Shown piece by piece: positions 58,204-64,000 of a stretch of 64,000 nucleotides of DNA. The DNA lies in NCBI GenBank assembly GCA_014803415.1, contig JAAVBZ010000023.1:80749-144748 (forward strand), in the 5' to 3' direction. A program made the translations under genes and the position numbers. The notes below the pieces were generated by a model. It ran no database searches, was not told where the DNA came from, and saw only the letters and a list, made by a program, of their open reading frames with translations. The stretch is from Lachnospiraceae bacterium (GTDB lineage: Bacteria > Bacillota > Clostridia > Lachnospirales > Lachnospiraceae). The first letter of the stretch is position 1; every line of letters starts with the position of its first letter.

Positions 58204-59034
58204 ATGGACAGAAAAGCAATAGCAAGAGAAACTTTGGATATTATGGAACGTGGATATTATGAAATTAACGGGAAAATGGTAGATATCAGTAATATGCATG
58301 CCGCTTCTGTAAAAGGGAGCATGCTGTTTACTCCAGAGCAGGCGAAGGAGATCCTGGCGCAATATCCGGAGACTGAAAATTCTGTAAAAACAAATAAGAC
58401 GCAGACAGTTATTCGTGTGATGAACTGTTCCACTGTAGATGCTGTTTTAAAGCTGGTCAGTGACGGCATCCATAATCCCGGAGTACTGAATTTTGCCAGT
58501 GCGAAAAATCCCGGAGGCGGATTTTTGAACGGAGCCATGGCCCAGGAAGAAAGCATAGCAGCTTCCAGCGGACTTTATCAGACGCTGATAAAGAATGAAG
58601 ACTATTACAGAAATAACAGAAATTGTACCTCCATGATCTATACGGACCATGCGATCTATTCACCGGACGTGGTATTTTTCCGGGATGGTGGTTTTCATCT
58701 TCTGGAAGAACCTGTAACAGCGTCTGTCCTTACTCTTCCGGCTGTCAATATGGGGCAGGTCATTCTTAAGGGAGAAGATGTCAAGGAAGCAGAAAGAACC
58801 ATGAAAAGACGCATGAAGCTGGTACTGGCTCTTTTTGAAAAGATGAAGGTACGTCATTTGGTGTTGGGAGCCTATGGCTGCGGCGTATTTCGCAATGACC
58901 CATACAAAATAGCCTGTTGGTGGAAAGAACTGCTGGAAAACTATTTTGATGGTTCTTTTGATTCCATTACGCATGCGGTCATGGATCATTCAGAAAAAGG
59001 CGCCTGCATCCGGGCTTTTGAGAAAGTGTTCTAG
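58204..59034 (+). CDS. TIGR02452 family microbial-type PARG (macrodomain)
   Basis: LNFASAKNPGGGFLNGAMAQEES, IYSPDVVFFR, LGAYGCGVFRN. Confidence 0.9.
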   Translation: MDRKAIARETLDIMERGYYEINGKMVDISNMHAASVKGSMLFTPEQAKEILAQYPETENSVKTNKTQTVIRVMNCSTVDAVLKLVSDGIHNPGVLNFASAKNPGGGFLNGAMAQEESIAASSGLYQTLIKNEDYYRNNRNCTSMIYTDHAIYSPDVVFFRDGGFHLLEEPVTASVLTLPAVNMGQVILKGEDVKEAERTMKRRMKLVLALFEKMKVRHLVLGAYGCGVFRNDPYKIACWWKELLENYFDGSFDSITHAVMDHSEKGACIRAFEKVF

Positions 59035-59525
59035 TCAAATTTTTTCTGTGAAAGGTTGGAGTTGTGATATTGTTTATCGTAGGTCACATCTTCAAGAAAC
59101 CAGTCAGGGGGAAGAAAAGCATTTGCCATCTCTTCGTCAGGGAACTCCACTTCTGCAATGATCAAAGGGGCAAAGGGCGGCTGAAACACATCCAGCTCAA
59201 TGGTCAGAGCGGGCATATCCTTTGGCGGGGCAAATCCCTCTTTAAAACAGGGCGAAGCAATAGGAAACAGATAACGTTTTTTGGAAATAATATTTCCGTC
59301 TGCCTTAGTGAGCAGATGTTCATAGGCCTCTTTGTTCAGGGGAAGATTGTATTCTTCTCTGGCAAGGAGGCCCTTTCCTTTGTATGTCAGAAAGTAATCA
59401 TCATTTTGGCGGCGGATCCGCAGCACGGGATCCGTGTTAAGATAAGCCTGCTCGATGATAAGACAAGTATGCTGTTCCAGATCATCCGGCAGGGCGGTAA
59501 TAGTAAATTTGCGTTCGATTTCCAT
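59031..59525 (-). CDS. CYTH domain protein
   Basis: MEIERKF, QAYL, LRIR, REEYN, ELDVF, AEVEF, VTYD..YHNS. Confidence 0.9.
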   Translation of the reverse strand: MEIERKFTITALPDDLEQHTCLIIEQAYLNTDPVLRIRRQNDDYFLTYKGKGLLAREEYNLPLNKEAYEHLLTKADGNIISKKRYLFPIASPCFKEGFAPPKDMPALTIELDVFQPPFAPLIIAEVEFPDEEMANAFLPPDWFLEDVTYDKQYHNSNLSQKKFD

Positions 59526-59646
59526 TTTAATCCTCCTTTTTTTAATAATACCACACAAGTCTGTTGTTTGCATTATCTGCCATGTGTATAATATAATAAA
59601 AAGAAAAAGCTATTTACAAGTATTTCCTAACCGGAGGAGGATTTTC

Positions 59647-61518
59647 ATGAAAAATGAGAATAAAAAGAACAGGGCCCAGGGGTTAAACGAAGATGAGGTC
59701 TTTCAGAAGCGACTGGAAAAACATTGCGATGAGCTTAAGTGGCTCTATATGGAATTATACAGGAATGATTCCATGTTTGCAGAGCTGTGCGATCATATGA
59801 AACAGTTTTACCAGGAAAGAAATAAAACGTTAAAAAAACTGGATGGAAAACGGGAAGCCGACCCAAACTGGTACAAGCAGAATGATATGCTTGGGATGAT
59901 GTTCTATATTAACAATTTTGCAGGCAATATGAAGGGAGTAAAAGACAAACTTGATTATATTGAGCAGTGCAACGTCAATTATATTCATTTGATGCCTTTT
60001 TTGGATACGCCCAAGGGTCGGTCTGACGGAGGATATGCAGTATCGGATTTTAGAAAAGTACAGGAAGAACTGGGATCCATGGAAGATTTGGAAAGGCTGA
60101 CGGCAGCCTGCCATCGGAAGAAGATCAATGTCTGCATGGATTTTGTCATGAATCATACGTCAGAGGATCATGAGTGGGCAAAGAAGGCACGTCAGGGAGA
60201 AGGCGAGTATATGAGCCGTTACTTTTTCTTTGAGAATTCTTACGAGCCGTCTTTGTATGAAAAAACAGTGCCCCAGGTATTCCCTACAACAGCTCCGGGT
60301 AATTTCACCTGGATCGCTGATGCCGGCCACTTTGTAATGACCACGTTTTATCCCTATCAATGGGACCTGAATTACAAAAATCCAAGAGTTTTTAATGAGA
60401 TGATGTATAATTTCCTTTATCTGGCAAACAGAGGAATCGATATTATCCGCATTGATGCGGTGCCATATATATGGAAGGAATTAAATACTTCATGCAGAAA
60501 TCTACCTCAGGTGCATACCATCGTCCGCATGATGCGGATCATAAGTGAGATCGTATGTCCGGGCATTCTGCTGCTGGGAGAAGTGGTCATGGAACCGGAA
60601 AAAGTAGTGCCCTACTTTGGAACGGTGGAAAAACCGGAGTGTCATATGCTGTACAATGTTACCACCATGGCAACAACATGGCATACGGTAGCTACCAGAG
60701 ATGTGAAGCTGCTCAAAAAGCAGCTGGATATTGTGAATTCCCTGCCTAAAGATTATGTATTTTTAAATTATCTCAGGTGTCATGACGATATTGGCTGGGG
60801 ACTTGATTACGGCAGTCTGCTGGAAGAGGGAATGGAAGAACGTTCTCATAAGCAGTATTTAAACGACTTTTTCCAGGGGTATGCTGGAGAAAGCAACAGC
60901 CGGGGGGAACTTTATAATGCAGATCCGATCACGGGAGATGCCAGATTCTGTGGAACAACAGCTTCCATGTGCGGTATTGAAAAGGCAGGATTTGAACAGA
61001 ACAGTCAGGCAATGGAGAAGGCGGTCAGGCAGGATCTGATGCTCCATGCATATATGTTCATGCAGTCGGGCATACCGGTACTTTACAGCGGGGATGAGAT
61101 TGGACAAGTCAATGATTATACGTATAAAGAAGATCCGGATAAAGCGGAAGATTCCAGATACATCCATCGCGGGGCTATGAAATGGGATCTGGCTGGGAAC
61201 GTTATGGATATGGATACAGTGGAAGGAAAAATTTTTCAGGGTCTTGATAAGCTGGAAAAGATCCGAAAAGCGGAAAAAGTATTTGTATCAAATGCGGATA
61301 CATGGACAATAGAAACATGGGACAAGTCTGTATTATGTATAGGAAGATATTTTGAAGGCCACAAGATCATCGGTTTATTCAATTTCAGTGAATATGATAA
61401 GACGGCATGGATCAATGAAACAGACGGTGATTATGTGGAATTGATATCGGGAAATGAAATGCAGCCCATAGGAGTCAATATACCGGCTTACGGATATTAT
61501 TATCTGAAGAAAAAGTAA
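59647..61518 (+). CDS. GH13 amylosucrase/sucrose hydrolase-like enzyme
   Basis: IHLMP, SDGGYAVSDF, DFVMNHTS, PQVFPTTAPGNF, RIDAVPYIWK, NYLRCHDDIGW. Confidence 0.88.
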   Translation: MKNENKKNRAQGLNEDEVFQKRLEKHCDELKWLYMELYRNDSMFAELCDHMKQFYQERNKTLKKLDGKREADPNWYKQNDMLGMMFYINNFAGNMKGVKDKLDYIEQCNVNYIHLMPFLDTPKGRSDGGYAVSDFRKVQEELGSMEDLERLTAACHRKKINVCMDFVMNHTSEDHEWAKKARQGEGEYMSRYFFFENSYEPSLYEKTVPQVFPTTAPGNFTWIADAGHFVMTTFYPYQWDLNYKNPRVFNEMMYNFLYLANRGIDIIRIDAVPYIWKELNTSCRNLPQVHTIVRMMRIISEIVCPGILLLGEVVMEPEKVVPYFGTVEKPECHMLYNVTTMATTWHTVATRDVKLLKKQLDIVNSLPKDYVFLNYLRCHDDIGWGLDYGSLLEEGMEERSHKQYLNDFFQGYAGESNSRGELYNADPITGDARFCGTTASMCGIEKAGFEQNSQAMEKAVRQDLMLHAYMFMQSGIPVLYSGDEIGQVNDYTYKEDPDKAEDSRYIHRGAMKWDLAGNVMDMDTVEGKIFQGLDKLEKIRKAEKVFVSNADTWTIETWDKSVLCIGRYFEGHKIIGLFNFSEYDKTAWINETDGDYVELISGNEMQPIGVNIPAYGYYYLKKK

Positions 61519-61640
61519 AAAACGGACACAGTTTATTAATAAAAGCTTCACAAATATTAAGAATTCATTTATTGGAAATGCACCCCATAAATGGTAAAAT
61601 ATGAAAAGATACATAACAAACAGAAAGGTGGAATTTGCCC

Positions 61641-62192
61641 ATGAGCAAGGTATGCGTTTTTTTTGCAACAGGATTTGAGGAAATAGAGGCTCTTACGGTA
61701 GTAGATCTGCTCAGAAGAGTAGATGTTGAGACAGATATGGTCTCCATTACGGAAGAAAGGATCGTGGAAGGTTCCCACAATATTCCGGTAGTCATGGACA
61801 GACTCCTTAAGGAAGTAGATTTTGAACAGGTGGATGTGATCATTCTTCCGGGAGGAGGACAGGGGACCAGGAATCTGGAGGCCTGCGAATCGTTAATGGA
61901 GCAGGTTGATGCTTTTGCGGCAGCAGGTAAAACAGTATGCGCAATCTGTGCAGCGCCTTCTATTTTAGGTCACAGAGGCCATTTACGGGGCAAAAGGGCA
62001 ATTGCTTATCCCGGTTTTGAATCCCAGCTTGAGGGAGCTGAAATTATATACGAGCCTGCAGTAGCTGACGGCAATATTATTACAGGAAGAGGAATGGGAT
62101 GTGCCGTTGATTTCGGACTTGCCGTCGTAGAATATTTAAAGGGAAAGGAAGTAAAAGAAGAACTGGCTGAGAAAATTGTTTTTAATCAGTAA
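61641..62192 (+). CDS. DJ-1/YajL/ThiJ family protein
   Basis: GFEEIEA, LPGG, AICAAP, TGRGMG. Confidence 0.92.
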   Translation: MSKVCVFFATGFEEIEALTVVDLLRRVDVETDMVSITEERIVEGSHNIPVVMDRLLKEVDFEQVDVIILPGGGQGTRNLEACESLMEQVDAFAAAGKTVCAICAAPSILGHRGHLRGKRAIAYPGFESQLEGAEIIYEPAVADGNIITGRGMGCAVDFGLAVVEYLKGKEVKEELAEKIVFNQ

Positions 62193-62217
62193 CAGGAAAA
62201 TCTGGAGAAGGTTACAA

Positions 62218-62664
62218 ATGAATATTTTGTTTTTTTTAACACCTAAAAATGAAGTGGCATACATCTATGATACAGATTCTTTAAGACAGGCTCTTGAAAA
62301 AATGGAGAACCATAGTTATGCCGCCGTACCGATCATCAGCAAGAAGGACGGACATTATGTAGGAACATTGACGGAGGGGGATCTGCTTTGGAGCATCAAG
62401 GACAGAGGTGATCTGTCTTTGAGAGCAGCAGAAGAAATTTCCATTATGGAAGTGAAGCGTCATTGGGACAACGAACCGGTGGATGTTGACGTCAATATGG
62501 AAGATCTGCTGAATAAAGCCATGAATCAGAATTTTGTACCGGTCATTGATGGCGGAAAGCATTTTATCGGTATTATTACCAGAAAAGATCTGATTCAGTA
62601 TCTGTGTAAAAAGCTTGTAACAGTCCAGTTAGAGGCAGGCGGCATGGGGATCGGCAAAAAATAA
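62218..62664 (+). CDS. Tandem CBS domain protein (YkuL/DarB-like)
   Basis: MNILFFLTPK, YAAVPII, YVGTLTEGD, NFVPVID, FIGIITR. Confidence 0.85.
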   Translation: MNILFFLTPKNEVAYIYDTDSLRQALEKMENHSYAAVPIISKKDGHYVGTLTEGDLLWSIKDRGDLSLRAAEEISIMEVKRHWDNEPVDVDVNMEDLLNKAMNQNFVPVIDGGKHFIGIITRKDLIQYLCKKLVTVQLEAGGMGIGKK

Positions 62665-62680
62665 ATTGGAGATGTGAAAA

Positions 62681-63184
62681 ATGTTCAATCAATTAACCCA
62701 AAAAGATATTGAGGCCATGGAGGCGGAAATTGAAGAGCGCAAACTGGTCATCCGCCCCAAACTGCTTGAGGCTGTGAAAGAAGCCAGGGCACAGGGCGAT
62801 TTGAGCGAAAATTTTGAGTATTATGCAGCTAAAAAAGAGAAAAATAAGAATGAAAGCCGTATTCGTTTTCTTGAAAGAATGATCAAAACGGCAGATATCA
62901 TACCGGACGATTCCAAAGAGGATGAGATCGGCATGAATACCAGGGCAACTGTTCAGTTTGAAGAAGACGGTCTGATAGAAACTTATAAAATAGTAACCAC
63001 TATGCGCGGCAATTCACTGGAGGGATTGGTCAGCGTGGAATCGCCCATAGGCAAAGCGCTTATGGGACATAAGGCAGGGGACAGAGTCTATGTAGAAGTC
63101 AATGCCGGTTATGGATACTATTTAATTGTAAAAGAAATCGATAAAAATCCGGATGAGGAAGATGAAAAGATCAGAAGCTTTTAA
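62681..63184 (+). CDS. greA: Transcription elongation factor GreA
   Basis: EARAQGDLSENFEYYAAK, SVESPIGKALMG. Confidence 0.93.
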   Translation: MFNQLTQKDIEAMEAEIEERKLVIRPKLLEAVKEARAQGDLSENFEYYAAKKEKNKNESRIRFLERMIKTADIIPDDSKEDEIGMNTRATVQFEEDGLIETYKIVTTMRGNSLEGLVSVESPIGKALMGHKAGDRVYVEVNAGYGYYLIVKEIDKNPDEEDEKIRSF

Positions 63185-63212
63185 ATAATAATATAGAAGG
63201 AAAAACTTACCA

Positions 63213-63241
63213 ACATATTTTCTTTATCGCCGTAAATACTA
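63213..63241 (+). promoter_or_regulatory. sigG-type promoter of SASP gene
   Basis: ACATA-N17-AATACTA. Confidence 0.45.
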
Positions 63242-63364
63242 TGAACAAGATAAGTGATGACGGAATGCTTTGAATGAAAGATCTTCAGGATAAGCGACCT
63301 CAAAGCTTATCTTGAAGAATAGATGACTTGTAAAAGTCAAATATAATAACGGAGGTGAATGAAA

Positions 63365-63568
63365 ATGGCAAGTAGCAAATCTTCTAATAGAGTAGAAGTT
63401 CCTGAAGCTAAGGCTGCTATGGATCGTTTTAAAACTGAAGTTGCTTCTGAACTTGGCGTTAACTTAAAGGAAGGTTACAACGGTGACCTTACTTCTAAGG
63501 AAGCTGGTTCTATCGGCGGCGAGATGGTTCGTAGAATGATCAAGAAGCAGGAAGAGCAGATGAAATAA
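63365..63568 (+). CDS. Alpha/beta-type small acid-soluble spore protein
   Basis: VPEAKAAMDRFKTEVASELGV, LTSKEAGSIGGEMVR; GGAGGTG RBS. Confidence 0.95.
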   Translation: MASSKSSNRVEVPEAKAAMDRFKTEVASELGVNLKEGYNGDLTSKEAGSIGGEMVRRMIKKQEEQMK

Positions 63569-63623
63569 GGAATCAATAAGCAATAGAATTCACGCTTTGT
63601 GAGGATTCTATTGTCATGAATGA

Positions 63624-63662
63624 AAAGCGGGGCGGCATACCAAAAGTATGCCGCTTCGTTTC
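63624..63662. terminator. Bidirectional terminator between SASP and ECF gene
   Basis: GCGGCATAC-CAAAA-GTATGCCGC stem flanked by A and T tracts; a second hairpin at 63581-63613. Confidence 0.75.
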
Positions 63663-63663
63663 G

Positions 63664-64000
63664 TTAGCTTTCATTTTTTAAATATTTCTTCACTGGGATC
63701 CATATAATGTATGCATAAATACTTCCAATGACCGCAGTGATCAGCTGTACGACAGAAAAAGTGGTCTGGAAAGTACTCATTTTTGGCTGCATTTGTTCTG
63801 GCAGGAACCTGGGGATCAGGATCAATGAAATAGAAATTCCCATAAACAGTGCTTTGATAACAGAGCCCGCTGCCATGGATACAGGAAGAGAAAGCTTATT
63901 TCCTTTCTTATCTTTTGACAAACTGACAGAAAATGCAATTAATATATTACCGATCATAACACAGGGAATAATGGCGGGAATTGCTGACATAATGGGACTT
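63664..64000 (-). CDS. ECF transporter S component, C-terminal part (5' end outside window)
   Basis: IIPCVMIGN, AGSVIKAL, FSVVQLITAVIG hydrophobic pattern. Confidence 0.7.
   Translation of the reverse strand, partial: SPIMSAIPAIIPCVMIGNILIAFSVSLSKDKKGNKLSLPVSMAAGSVIKALFMGISISLILIPRFLPEQMQPKMSTFQTTFSVVQLITAVIGSIYAYIIWIPVKKYLKNES

Noticed and set aside
59455-59646. N-terminal extension of amylosucrase in the ORF track
   Set aside because: Overlaps the CYTH gene on the other strand; strong GGAGG RBS supports a start at 59647

Overview
Gene-dense chromosomal window from a spore-forming, low-GC Firmicute; gene content and style point to Clostridia, probably Lachnospiraceae. No rRNA, tRNA, CRISPR array, integrase or transposase was seen. 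Main blocks in order: (1) spoVA genes split into four separately promoted units (spoVAC inverted, spoVAD, spoVAA-AB, spoVAE). They are interleaved with an MBOAT/SGNH O-acyltransferase pair, a chitobiose phosphorylase (GH94)/phosphomutase/two-component/ABC locus and housekeeping genes. (2) An accessory catabolic island of about 16 kb (28.8-45.1 kb) whose left edge truncates an AAA-ATPase pseudogene. It carries an ABC importer, four glycoside-hydrolase-like genes (DUF6259-like, GH43, a divergent GH38 with a Cys4 insert, GH127), an uncharacterised PMI-type cupin, DhaK, a DhaL-RpiB(DerI/EryI-like) fusion, a LerI/EryH-like TIM and an IclR regulator. Together these suggest an undescribed glycan-to-tetrose (L-erythrulose to D-erythrose-4-P) pathway. 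(3) An unannotated Tyr/Met-rich leader peptide with a full attenuator architecture directly upstream of addB-addA. (4) TPP riboswitch-thiT, malQ, an Atl-PARG pair, amylosucrase, DJ-1/CBS/greA and an alpha/beta SASP. Family calls come from motif recognition only; no database searches were run.
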